A DNA stretch of 64,000 bases from an uncultured Oscillospiraceae bacterium (lineage in GTDB: Bacteria; Bacillota; Clostridia; Oscillospirales; Oscillospiraceae): positions 16,595 through 80,594 of the forward strand of contig CANRNF010000003.1 in NCBI GenBank assembly GCA_947631865.1, given 5' to 3'. A program made the translations under genes and the position numbers. The notes beneath the pieces were generated by a model. The model did no database searches. It saw only the letters and a program-made list of their open reading frames with translations, and was not told where the DNA came from. Below are positions 32,852 to 42,200 of the stretch, in pieces. Positions within the stretch are counted from its first letter, which is position 1, and each line of letters opens with the position of its first letter.

Positions 32852-34600
32852 GTGTCAACGACGATGGAAGACGAGAACATCCTGATACAGAACGAGGAGT
32901 TTCTGGAAAAAACATACCGCGCGGCGCTGTGGCCGGGGATGTTGTCGATCTTGAGCGGCTGCGTAAATATCATTGCGGACGGGGTCCTGGTCGGCCAGAA
33001 GATCGGTGCGGGAGGCCTTGCGGCCATCAACCTCTGCGTGCCGGTCTATCTGGCTCTGTGCATCGTGGGCTCCTTCTTCGTGTCCGGCGCGGCGATCTGC
33101 AGCTCCAGGGAGATCGGCGCCAACCGCCGGGACAAGGCGGGCCTGTATTACCGCTATGCAGTGACGCTCTGTTTGATCGCCTCTGTCTTCATGACAGCCG
33201 TGGGCATTCTGCTGATCGATCAGATCGCGGCTTTTCTGTGCCGCGACAGCGAGATCCTTCCGATGGTGAAGGACTATGCGCTGGTCACGCTGGCGGGCGC
33301 GTTCCCAAAGATCTTTCTGTATGTCCCGTTCTGGTATCTGCGCCTGGACGGGCGGAACAAGACCGTGACCGTGATGATGACGATCATGGGCGCGGGGAAC
33401 GTGGCGCTGGACTTCGCCTTCCTGTACGGACTCGATATGGGCGTCTTTGGCGCGGCGCTGGCCAGCGTCATCGCGACGGCCGTGGCGTGCGTGATCGGTT
33501 TCGCGGGCCTTCACCGTGGGACCTTCCATTTCAAGCCGGGTCCGGCGCTCCCGGGGAGAGAGGAATTCCGGGAGATGTCTGTGGCGGGAAGCCCTGCCGC
33601 GATGAACAACCTGGTCCAGACACTGCGCCTTCTGTGCGTGAACGGCCTGCTGCAGAAATACGGCGGCAGCATGATGCTGGCGGAGTTTTCCGTGCTGAAC
33701 GGGATCAGCGCCTTTGCTGAGGCCGTGACGGTGGGCGTTCCCCAGGCAGGCACGGCGATGATGGGTGTCTACCGGGGCGAGAGGGACAACGAGAGCATCT
33801 GCATCCTGCTGAAGCTGGAGCTGAAAAAGGGCGTCCTGTACAGCCTGGTATTCAGCGCGGTCATCGTGCTGGGGGCAGACATCATCGCGGCGGCCTACGG
33901 CCTGGCGCAGCCCATGCGCTTCCCCATGCTGTGCCTTGCCATCAGCCTGATCCCCTCCCTGTGGAACAACGTGCTGTCTTCCTATTACAGCGTTTCGGGC
34001 CACGCGGGGCTGTCCAACCTGATCATCATCCTCAAGTCCTATGTGTTCGCGGCGCTGAGCCTGCTGGCTCTGCTGGCGTCCGGGATAACGCCGTGGCTGT
34101 TCCTCACGGCGGGCGAACTGCTCACGGTGTGTGTGTGGTATCTCATCACCGGGATCCTGCACCGCCGGAGCGAGATGACCAGCCGGTATTTTCTCATGGA
34201 TCAGACGCTGGAAAAGGCGGGCCAGGTCATCAACTTCTCCATGATCAGCGATAACGAGAAGATCTGCGAGGCCAGTGAGAGGATCACGGATTTCTGCCAG
34301 GAAAACGGGATGCAGGCCAAGCAGGTGATGCGGGTGAGTCTGGCGCTGGAGGAGATGATGACGCTCATCACGAGCATCAACGACCCCCAGCGGATCCTGT
34401 TTGACATCCGGGTGTACGCCGTGCCCAGCGAGACCGGCATCCGCATCCGCTATAACGGGAAAAAGTTTGACCCGCTCCTGTCCGGGGATGGCGGGGACGA
34501 CGACATGCTCTATATGGGCATGCGGATGCTGCAAAAGCTGGTGAAGAAGGTGGATTACCAGGACACGTTTGGGATGAACACGCTTCTGATCGTGCTGTGA
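32852..34600 (+). CDS. MATE-like polytopic transporter fused to a C-terminal RsbW/SpoIIAB-like (HATPase_c_2-type) domain, apparently degenerate
   Basis: The first ~440 aa hold about 12 TM segments. The C-terminal ~130 aa align with the C-terminal domains of the genes at 36266 and 47330 but lack a clear N-box Asn and G-box. The start is GTG 32852 or ATG 32864. Confidence 0.6.
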   Translation: MSTTMEDENILIQNEEFLEKTYRAALWPGMLSILSGCVNIIADGVLVGQKIGAGGLAAINLCVPVYLALCIVGSFFVSGAAICSSREIGANRRDKAGLYYRYAVTLCLIASVFMTAVGILLIDQIAAFLCRDSEILPMVKDYALVTLAGAFPKIFLYVPFWYLRLDGRNKTVTVMMTIMGAGNVALDFAFLYGLDMGVFGAALASVIATAVACVIGFAGLHRGTFHFKPGPALPGREEFREMSVAGSPAAMNNLVQTLRLLCVNGLLQKYGGSMMLAEFSVLNGISAFAEAVTVGVPQAGTAMMGVYRGERDNESICILLKLELKKGVLYSLVFSAVIVLGADIIAAAYGLAQPMRFPMLCLAISLIPSLWNNVLSSYYSVSGHAGLSNLIIILKSYVFAALSLLALLASGITPWLFLTAGELLTVCVWYLITGILHRRSEMTSRYFLMDQTLEKAGQVINFSMISDNEKICEASERITDFCQENGMQAKQVMRVSLALEEMMTLITSINDPQRILFDIRVYAVPSETGIRIRYNGKKFDPLLSGDGGDDDMLYMGMRMLQKLVKKVDYQDTFGMNTLLIVL

Positions 34601-34610
34601 CAGACGCGAT

Positions 34611-36269
34611 ATGGTGGGAAAGGAAAGTATGACAGAAGAAACAGGGCTCCGGCGCATGGAGGCCGTGTGCGGCGACGCCGTCCGTGTGCAGGAGCGGTTC
34701 CTGATGGAGCTGCTGGAGCGCAACGCGCAGACAGAATACGGAAAGAAGTGGGGCTTTTCCGGCCTTCGCACCGTAGAGGACTACCGAAAGCAGGTGCCCC
34801 TGTCCCGGTATGACGACTATGAACCGCTTATAGAGCGCCAGATCGGGGGAGAAAAAGGGCTTCTGACAGCCGATGAGCCGGTGTTCTACTGCATCAGCGC
34901 GGGCAGCACCTCCCAGCCGAAGTATGTGCCCATCACCCAGCGGGATGTGACGGTCCACCGGATATACCTGTTGGATGCAGTGCAGGACGTCATCTGGAAA
35001 GAGCTGGCGGGCCTCCCGGACGAGAAGCTGTTTGGCAGGATCTTTGAGACCGGCGAGTTTTACCGCACCGCCATGCCGGACGGCACCATGAACGGCGTGC
35101 GCTCCGGCGTGCTGATGCGGTGGCTGGAATCGAGAGACGAGATCGACTTCTCCGAATATACCTCACCCCGAAAGGTGATGTTCCCGGAGAAGATGGAGAA
35201 TATGCTCTACGTGAAGCTGCGCTTCGCTCTGGCCTGCCGGGATATCACCGCGATCCACGGCGTTTTCGTGCATGGGATGGTGCAGATGTTCCAGTACCTT
35301 CAGGAGCGCTGGGACGGGTTCGTGGAGGACATTGCCAGCGGAGAGGTCAGCGATCGCTTCCAGATCAGCGAACAGTGGAAGCGCTACATAAAAGAGCGCC
35401 TGGCGCCGGACCCCGGGCGGGCGGAGGAACTGCGGTCCGCGACGAAGGACGGCGCTTCGGGGCTCGTGCGCCGGATATGGCCGGAGCTTCGGTATATCCG
35501 CATGGCAGGGGGCAGCATCTTCCAGGGGTACATGGATGAGCTGCGGGTATTCATCGGCGATCTGCCCATCCACTTCTACGCCTACGCCTCCTCGGAGAGC
35601 ACCTTGGGCGCGGTCTACACGCTGCAGGAGGAGGATGCCCGCTATGTGCTGATCCCGGAGTCCTGCTTCTTTGAGTTCCTTCCGGAGGGAGAGACTGGAG
35701 AGCGGGCGCTGACGTTCCGGGAGGTGGAGGCCGGGAAGAGCTACGAGCTTGTCGTTACCACCCTGTCCGGCCTTTACCGATACATGATGGGGGATGTCGT
35801 GGAGGTGACGGGTTTCTACGGCGAGGCGCCGATCATTCGCATGAGCCGCCGGAAGAGTCAGGTGCTCAACGTGGCGGACGAGAAAATGGATATGCGGCAG
35901 ATGGAAAGGGCGATGCGGCGGTTTGAGCGGCTTTCGGGTTGTCTCCTGGAGGGCTACTGCGCGGACACGGGCTTTCGTGGATCTACGCCGTACTATTCGG
36001 TGTATCTGGAGCCGAAGACAGGAGCGCTGCCAGCGGATGCAGAAACACTACTGGACGACTGCCTCCGTGACAGCTGCTTCGGATACAAAGGCGCCCGGGA
36101 ACTGGGGCAGATCGGCGACGTGCGGGTGCTGCCCTTACAAAAAGGCGCTTTCGCGGCGTACCGTGAATTCCTGGCGGGGAAGGGATTCCGCATGGAACAG
36201 AATAAACCCATTCATATCCTTCAGACCGAGGAGCAGAAAGACTTTTTTAAGGGAGAGGCAGTGAGATGA
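34611..36269 (+). CDS. GH3 family (acyl-acid amido synthetase-like, adenylating) protein
   Basis: The N-terminus FL.ELL.RNAQTEYGKKWGF...VEDYRKQVPLSRYDDYEPLI and SAGSTSQPKYVPIT are characteristic of bacterial GH3 proteins. An alternative start is at 34629. Confidence 0.7.
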   Translation: MVGKESMTEETGLRRMEAVCGDAVRVQERFLMELLERNAQTEYGKKWGFSGLRTVEDYRKQVPLSRYDDYEPLIERQIGGEKGLLTADEPVFYCISAGSTSQPKYVPITQRDVTVHRIYLLDAVQDVIWKELAGLPDEKLFGRIFETGEFYRTAMPDGTMNGVRSGVLMRWLESRDEIDFSEYTSPRKVMFPEKMENMLYVKLRFALACRDITAIHGVFVHGMVQMFQYLQERWDGFVEDIASGEVSDRFQISEQWKRYIKERLAPDPGRAEELRSATKDGASGLVRRIWPELRYIRMAGGSIFQGYMDELRVFIGDLPIHFYAYASSESTLGAVYTLQEEDARYVLIPESCFFEFLPEGETGERALTFREVEAGKSYELVVTTLSGLYRYMMGDVVEVTGFYGEAPIIRMSRRKSQVLNVADEKMDMRQMERAMRRFERLSGCLLEGYCADTGFRGSTPYYSVYLEPKTGALPADAETLLDDCLRDSCFGYKGARELGQIGDVRVLPLQKGAFAAYREFLAGKGFRMEQNKPIHILQTEEQKDFFKGEAVR

Positions 36270-38293
36270 AAAAGAAGAACCGCAGACTGGCGGTAGTGAT
36301 GGTCGCGAGCATCGTGGCAGTCATCGTGATCCTGAGCGTGATCGTGGCGATGACGGGCTACCAGCAGTTCACCAATGTGCTGGAGCAGCAGTACAACGAC
36401 ACCGCCTATGAGGTGGCGGAGACGGCGCTGACCTATCTGAACCCGGACAAACTGGAGGGGTACCTGCAGACGGGGCAGACGGACGAGGAGTACGACGCCA
36501 TCCTGGCGCGTCTCGACGATCTGGTGGTGAGCAGCAACTGTAATTTCATCTACGTGGCGAAGATAGACGAGACGGATTACATGACGACCACCTACATCTA
36601 CGATTCCGTTAACCCTGCCACAGGCTTCAGCCGCTATGAATTCGGCTATGTCTCCCGGGACGTTGACCCGAACTATGTGGACGACCTGAAGCATATCCTG
36701 ACCACGGGCGGCCGCGCGGAGAAGTATCTGTACTCTTATACCGAGTCCGGCGCGCACACCACGGCGGGTCTTGCGGTGAAGGATTCCACTGGCAAAGTAG
36801 TGGCTGTGATCGGCGTGGAGAAATCCATGACCGTCCTCTACGGCGCACGGAGCACCTATATCCTCTGGGTCGCATCCATCGCGGCGGCGATTGTGGTCCT
36901 GACCCTGCTGGTCTACCTGCTGTGGCTGAACGGCAAGGTGATCCGGCCTATCGCGGAGATCACCGGCGAGGCACAGCGTTTCGCCATCGACGGAGAGAAC
37001 CCGGCGACGAGTCTGAAGGCCACGGAAAACCGTTACGAGATCGGTGTGCTGGCGTCCTCTATCCTGAAGATGGAGGCGGAGATCAAACAGTATATCGACA
37101 ACCTGACCGCCGTGACAGCGGAGAAGGAGCGCATCGGCGCGGAGCTGGACATCGCCACCCACATCCAGGCCTCCATGCTGCCCTGCATCTTCCCGCCCTT
37201 CCCTGATAAGCCGGAGGTGGATATCTACGCCTCCATGAACCCGGCCAAGGAGGTGGGCGGCGACTTCTACGACTTCTTCATGGTGGACGACACCCACCTG
37301 GCCATCGTCATGGCGGACGTGTCCGGCAAGGGCGTGCCCGCGGCTCTGTTCATGGTCATCGGAAAGACCCTCATCAAGGACCACACCACCCCGGGCCGGG
37401 ACCTGGGCGAGGTATTTATGGAGGTCAACAAGCTCCTGTGCGAGGGCAACGGCGAGGAGCTGTTCATCACCGCCTTCGAGGGCGTGCTGGACCTGGAGAC
37501 CGGCCAGTTCAACTTTGTGAACGCCGGGCATGAGATGCCCTTCATCCGCCGGAAGGGGAAGTATACGCCGGAGAAGATACGGGCCGGATTCGTCCTGGCA
37601 GGCATGGATATGACCCGCTACCGCATGGGTTCCCTGCAGATGGAGCCTGGGGACGCGATCTTCCAGTACACGGATGGCGTGACCGAGGCGACGAACGGCC
37701 AAAACGAGCTGTACGGCATGGAGCGGCTGGAGGCGGTGCTGAACAGGAACGCGGATGCCTCCCCCGATAAGCTGCTGCCGGCGGTGAAGGCGGACATCGA
37801 CGCCTTCGTGGGCAGCGCGCCCCAATTCGACGACATCACCATGCTGTGCTTGGAGTATAAGAAAATGATGAATGCATCCGATCCCAACGAGATGACCGTG
37901 GAGGCCACCTTGGAGAACATCCCCGCCGTGACGGCCTTTGTGGACGAGCGGCTGGAGGCCCTGGACTGCCCCATGAAGGCCCAGATGCAGATCGACGTGG
38001 CCATCGACGAGCTGTTCAGCAACATCGCCCGGTACGCCTACGACCCCTCCGGCCCGGCGACTGTACGGGTGGACGTGGACCAGAATCCCCTGGCGGTGCG
38101 CATCACCTTCATCGACCACGGCAAGCCCTACGACCCCCTGGCCAAGGAGGACCCGGACGTGACCCTCTCCGCGGAGGATCGCCAGATCGGCGGCCTGGGC
38201 ATCTTCATGGTGAAGAAGTCCATGGACGATGTGCGCTACGAGTACAAGGACGGCCAGAACATCCTGACCGTGGAAAAACGCCTGGAGACGTGA
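36266..38293 (+). CDS. Membrane sensor PP2C (SpoIIE/RsbU-type) phosphatase with C-terminal RsbW-like kinase domain
   Basis: An N-terminal TM, an extracytoplasmic domain and a second TM are followed by ELDIATHIQASMLP...EVGGDFYDFF...MADVSGKG (PP2C). The C-terminal domain has DELFSNIARYA and GGLGIFMVKK boxes. Confidence 0.8.
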   Translation: MKKKNRRLAVVMVASIVAVIVILSVIVAMTGYQQFTNVLEQQYNDTAYEVAETALTYLNPDKLEGYLQTGQTDEEYDAILARLDDLVVSSNCNFIYVAKIDETDYMTTTYIYDSVNPATGFSRYEFGYVSRDVDPNYVDDLKHILTTGGRAEKYLYSYTESGAHTTAGLAVKDSTGKVVAVIGVEKSMTVLYGARSTYILWVASIAAAIVVLTLLVYLLWLNGKVIRPIAEITGEAQRFAIDGENPATSLKATENRYEIGVLASSILKMEAEIKQYIDNLTAVTAEKERIGAELDIATHIQASMLPCIFPPFPDKPEVDIYASMNPAKEVGGDFYDFFMVDDTHLAIVMADVSGKGVPAALFMVIGKTLIKDHTTPGRDLGEVFMEVNKLLCEGNGEELFITAFEGVLDLETGQFNFVNAGHEMPFIRRKGKYTPEKIRAGFVLAGMDMTRYRMGSLQMEPGDAIFQYTDGVTEATNGQNELYGMERLEAVLNRNADASPDKLLPAVKADIDAFVGSAPQFDDITMLCLEYKKMMNASDPNEMTVEATLENIPAVTAFVDERLEALDCPMKAQMQIDVAIDELFSNIARYAYDPSGPATVRVDVDQNPLAVRITFIDHGKPYDPLAKEDPDVTLSAEDRQIGGLGIFMVKKSMDDVRYEYKDGQNILTVEKRLET

Positions 38294-38306
38294 AAGGGGA
38301 GACACC

Positions 38307-39488
38307 ATGAGCTTAGCAGAGGGGAAGTTTGAAAACGGCGTTCTGACGGCATCTCTCATCGGACACATCGACTCCGGCAACGCCGCCCAGGCGGAGCGGG
38401 AGCTGAACGAACTGCGCCAAAAGACCCCGGAAGCGGCGGCCGTGGTGCTGGACTTCGAGCGGCTCCAGTACATATCCAGCGCGGGCCTGCGGATCATTCT
38501 GCGGCTGCGGAAGGACCGGCCTGAGCTGAAGATCGTGAACGTGTCGCCCGAGGTATATGAGATCCTGGACATGACCGGCTTCACAGAGATGATGCCGGTA
38601 GAGAAGGCCTACCGGCGGCTGAGCGTGGATGGCTGTGAGGTCATCGGTCAGGGCGCCAACGGCCAGGTCTATCGCCTGGACCCGGATACCATCATCAAGG
38701 TGTACCTGAATCCGGACAGCCTGCCGGACATCCACCGGGAGCGGGAACTGGCCCGCCGGGCCTTCGTGCTGGGCATCCCTACCGCCATCCCCTACGACGT
38801 TGTAAAGGTGGGGGAGGGCTATGGCTCCGTGTTCGAGCTTCTGAACGCCAAGAGCCTGGCCAAGCTCATCATCGCCGAGCCGGAGAAGCTGGACGAGTAC
38901 GTGCAGGTCTATGTGGACCTGCTGAAAAAGATCCACAGCACCGAGGTGCAGCCCGGAGACATGCCGGATATGAAGGCGGTGGTCCTTGGCTGGACGGATT
39001 ATCTGAAGGATCACCTGCCGCCGGCGCAGTATGAAAAGCTCCACGGGCTGATCGAGGCGGTGCCGGAGGACCACCACATGCTCCACGGCGACTACCATAT
39101 AAAAAACGTCATGGTCCAGAACGGCGAGGTGCTGCTCATCGACATGGACACCCTGTGCATGGGTCACCCCGTGTTTGAGTTCGCGTCCATATTCCTGGCC
39201 TACCAGGGCTTCGGGGAGCTGGACCACAGTGAGACGGAGCGGTTTTTGGGCGTGAGCCATGAGACGGGCGCGGCCATCTGGAACAAGACCCTCCGGCTCT
39301 ACTTTGGCACAGAGGACCAGGCCGAGCTGGACGCCGTCGCCGACAAGGCCAAGGTCGTTGGCTACACCCGGCTCCTGCGGCGGACCCTCCGCCGGAAGAG
39401 CGGCACCGCCGACGGTCAGGCCATCGTCGCCAACTGCAAGGCCCGGCTGGCGGAGCTTTTGGAGCGGGTCGATGCGCTGACATTCTGA
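38307..39488 (+). CDS. STAS domain fused to an aminoglycoside-phosphotransferase/choline-kinase-like (APH fold) kinase domain
   Basis: The N-terminus has LQYISSAGLRIILRL (STAS). The C-terminus has HGDYHIKNVMV...LIDMD (HxDxxxxN...D kinase motifs). Confidence 0.7.
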   Translation: MSLAEGKFENGVLTASLIGHIDSGNAAQAERELNELRQKTPEAAAVVLDFERLQYISSAGLRIILRLRKDRPELKIVNVSPEVYEILDMTGFTEMMPVEKAYRRLSVDGCEVIGQGANGQVYRLDPDTIIKVYLNPDSLPDIHRERELARRAFVLGIPTAIPYDVVKVGEGYGSVFELLNAKSLAKLIIAEPEKLDEYVQVYVDLLKKIHSTEVQPGDMPDMKAVVLGWTDYLKDHLPPAQYEKLHGLIEAVPEDHHMLHGDYHIKNVMVQNGEVLLIDMDTLCMGHPVFEFASIFLAYQGFGELDHSETERFLGVSHETGAAIWNKTLRLYFGTEDQAELDAVADKAKVVGYTRLLRRTLRRKSGTADGQAIVANCKARLAELLERVDALTF

Positions 39489-39527
39489 GCATAACACTAA
39501 TAACAACACTGCAGGGGGAGAACTGAT

Positions 39528-40004
39528 ATGGACAACGGACTGTTTCGTCAAAAGAGCCTGGACAAGGTGTCCAGCCCAGAGCAGATGAACGACTATATCC
39601 GGGTGACCAGTCCCGGGGTGTGGCTGATCCTGGCCGCGGTGATCGCGATCCTGGCCGGACTGCTCATCTGGTCCGTGCTGGGCCGGCTGGAGACCACGGT
39701 GCCGGCGGCGGCGGTGGCCGGGCCGGACGGAGCGGCGGTGTGCTACATCGATGAGGGAGACCTCTCCTCCGTGCACGCGGGCCAGACGGTGCATATCGCA
39801 GGGATCGATTATGCTCTGTCCGAGGTGGCGGCCAAGCCTGTGGTCGTAGACGAGAGTTTCGACGCCTACGCCCTGCACGTGGGCGGCCTGGAGGCCGGCC
39901 AGTGGGTGTACCCTGCGGAGCTGGACGGGACGCTGGACGAGGGGATCTACGAGGCGAAGGTCGTGGTGGACAGCGTTTCTCCCATCTCGTTCCTGCTGAA
40001 TTGA
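39528..40004 (+). CDS. Short HlyD-like/NHLM-type bacteriocin secretion accessory protein
   Basis: The N-terminus FRQKSLDKVSSPEQMNDYIRVTSPGVWLIL plus a single TM resembles the start of NHLM-system HlyD homologues. It is only 158 aa. Confidence 0.55.
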   Translation: MDNGLFRQKSLDKVSSPEQMNDYIRVTSPGVWLILAAVIAILAGLLIWSVLGRLETTVPAAAVAGPDGAAVCYIDEGDLSSVHAGQTVHIAGIDYALSEVAAKPVVVDESFDAYALHVGGLEAGQWVYPAELDGTLDEGIYEAKVVVDSVSPISFLLN

Positions 40005-40011
40005 GGCGCCC

Positions 40012-42186
40012 ATGAAGAAGCAAGAGATCAAAAAGCCCGTTACCAAGGGCGTGGCCAAAGTGCCGGTGGTCATGCAGATGGAGGCGCTGGAGTGCGGCGC
40101 CGCCAGCCTGACCATGGTGCTGGCCTATTATGAGAAATGGATACCGCTGGAGCAGGTGCGCGCCGACTGCGGCGTGAGCCGGGACGGCTCCAACGCCAAA
40201 AACGTGCTGAAGGCCGCGAGGAGCTACGGCCTCACGGCGAAGGCATACCGCTTTGAGCCGGATGACCTGCGGGAGCGGGGAACGTTCCCCTGCATCATCC
40301 ACTGGAACTTCAACCACTTCGTGGTGCTGGACGGGTTCAAGGGCGGCAAAGCCATATTGAACGACCCGGCCCGGGGCGTGACCCCGGTGAGCATGGAGAC
40401 CTTTGACGAGTCCTTCACCGGCATCTGCATGATGTTCGAGCCGGGGGAGGGGTTCCAGCCCGGCGGCAGCCCCAAGAGCATGCTGGGCTACGCGAAAAAG
40501 CGGCTCACCGGCGCCGGGGCGGCGCTGGTGTTCGTGACGCTGACCACGCTCATCAGCTCCCTTTTCGGCGTGATCAGCCCCGCCTTCTCCCGGATATTTA
40601 TGGACCGTCTGCTCACGAGGCAGAACCCGGAGTGGCTGTGGCCGTTTTTGGCGGCCCTGGCCGGCGTGAGCATTTTGCAGCTCGTCGTGGCATGGGTCCA
40701 GGCGGTTTGGTCCCTTCGCATCACAGGCAAGCTGGCTTCCGTGGGTTCGGCAACGTTCCTGTGGAAGGTGCTGCACATGCCCATGGAGTTTTTCTCCCAG
40801 CGCATGGCCGGCGACATCCAGCAGCGGCAGACCACCAACGCCAACATCGCCCAGGAACTGGTGAATACCATAGGGCCGCTGGTGCTGAACGCCATCATGA
40901 TGGTGTTCTACCTGGTGGTCATGCTCCGGTATTCCTGGATATTGACCCTGGTAGGACTGGCCTCCGTGGTCATCAACCTGGGCGTGAGCCGCCTTATATC
41001 CAAAAAGCGTGTGAACATCATGCGCGTGCAGATGCGCGACGCGGGCAAGCTCGCCTCCTCCACCATGGCGGCCATCGAAATGATCGAGACCATCAAGGCC
41101 GCCGGCGCGGAGAACGGCTACTTCGAGCGCTGGGCGGGCTACCAGGCCAGCGTGAACACCCAGCAGATGCGCTTTACCAAGACAGACGCGTATCTCGGCC
41201 TTATCCCCTCCATCGTCAGCGTCATCAGCGACATGGCCATCCTGTTCCTGGGCGTGCTGTTCGTCATGCAGGGCAGCTTCACCATCGGTATGGTCATGGC
41301 CTTCCAGGGCTTCCTCATGAGCTTCACCGCCCCGGCCACTACCCTCATCGGCGCGGGCCAGACCATCCAGGAGATGCGTACGGAGATGGAGCGCGTGGAG
41401 GACGTGATGGAGTACCCCGAGGACAGCAATATGGTCGAGGGGGAGGAGCAGGAAAGCTACGACAAGCTCTCCGGCGCTCTGGAGATGAAGCACGTCACCT
41501 TCGGCTACTCCAAGCTGGCGGAACCCCTCATCGAGGACTTCAATCTGAGCCTGAAGCCGGGCAGCCGGGTGGCCTTCGTGGGAGGCTCCGGCTGCGGCAA
41601 GAGCACCCTTTCCAAGCTCATATCGGGCCTTTACCAGCCCTGGAGCGGGGAGATCCTCTTCGACGGCAAGCCCATCCGGGAGATCGACCGGAGCGTGTTC
41701 ACCGGCTCACTCGCGGTGGTGGATCAGGACGTCATCCTCTTTGAGGACACCATTGCTGAAAATATCAAGATGTGGGATAAGTCCATCGAGGACTTCGAGA
41801 TGATCATGGCGGCCCGGGACGCTGGTATCCACAGCGACATCGTCCAGCGTGAGGGCGGCTACAACCACAAGCTGACAGAGGGCGGCCGTGACTTCTCCGG
41901 CGGCCAGCGCCAGCGCATGGAGATCGCCCGTGTCCTGGCCCAGGACCCCACCATCATCATCCTGGACGAGGCCACCTCCGCCCTGGACGCCAAGACGGAG
42001 TACGAAGTGGTCAAGTCCATCAAGGACCGGGGCGTCACCTGTATCGTGGTGGCCCACCGGCTCTCCACCATCCGGGACTGCGACGAGATCATCGTCCTGG
42101 ACCAGGGCAAAGTGGTGGAGCGGGGGACCCACGACGAGCTATACGCCAAGGGCGGATATTACACCCGCCTGGTGTCCAATGACTGA
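40012..42186 (+). CDS. Peptidase-containing ABC transporter (PCAT): C39 peptidase + permease + ATPase
   Basis: The C39 domain shows QMEALECGAASL, NHFVVL and NDP. It has 6 TM segments, Walker A GGSGCGKST, signature FSGGQRQR and Walker B IILDEATSALD. Confidence 0.9.
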   Translation: MKKQEIKKPVTKGVAKVPVVMQMEALECGAASLTMVLAYYEKWIPLEQVRADCGVSRDGSNAKNVLKAARSYGLTAKAYRFEPDDLRERGTFPCIIHWNFNHFVVLDGFKGGKAILNDPARGVTPVSMETFDESFTGICMMFEPGEGFQPGGSPKSMLGYAKKRLTGAGAALVFVTLTTLISSLFGVISPAFSRIFMDRLLTRQNPEWLWPFLAALAGVSILQLVVAWVQAVWSLRITGKLASVGSATFLWKVLHMPMEFFSQRMAGDIQQRQTTNANIAQELVNTIGPLVLNAIMMVFYLVVMLRYSWILTLVGLASVVINLGVSRLISKKRVNIMRVQMRDAGKLASSTMAAIEMIETIKAAGAENGYFERWAGYQASVNTQQMRFTKTDAYLGLIPSIVSVISDMAILFLGVLFVMQGSFTIGMVMAFQGFLMSFTAPATTLIGAGQTIQEMRTEMERVEDVMEYPEDSNMVEGEEQESYDKLSGALEMKHVTFGYSKLAEPLIEDFNLSLKPGSRVAFVGGSGCGKSTLSKLISGLYQPWSGEILFDGKPIREIDRSVFTGSLAVVDQDVILFEDTIAENIKMWDKSIEDFEMIMAARDAGIHSDIVQREGGYNHKLTEGGRDFSGGQRQRMEIARVLAQDPTIIILDEATSALDAKTEYEVVKSIKDRGVTCIVVAHRLSTIRDCDEIIVLDQGKVVERGTHDELYAKGGYYTRLVSND

Positions 42187-42200
42187 GGGGGTGCGCTGCA

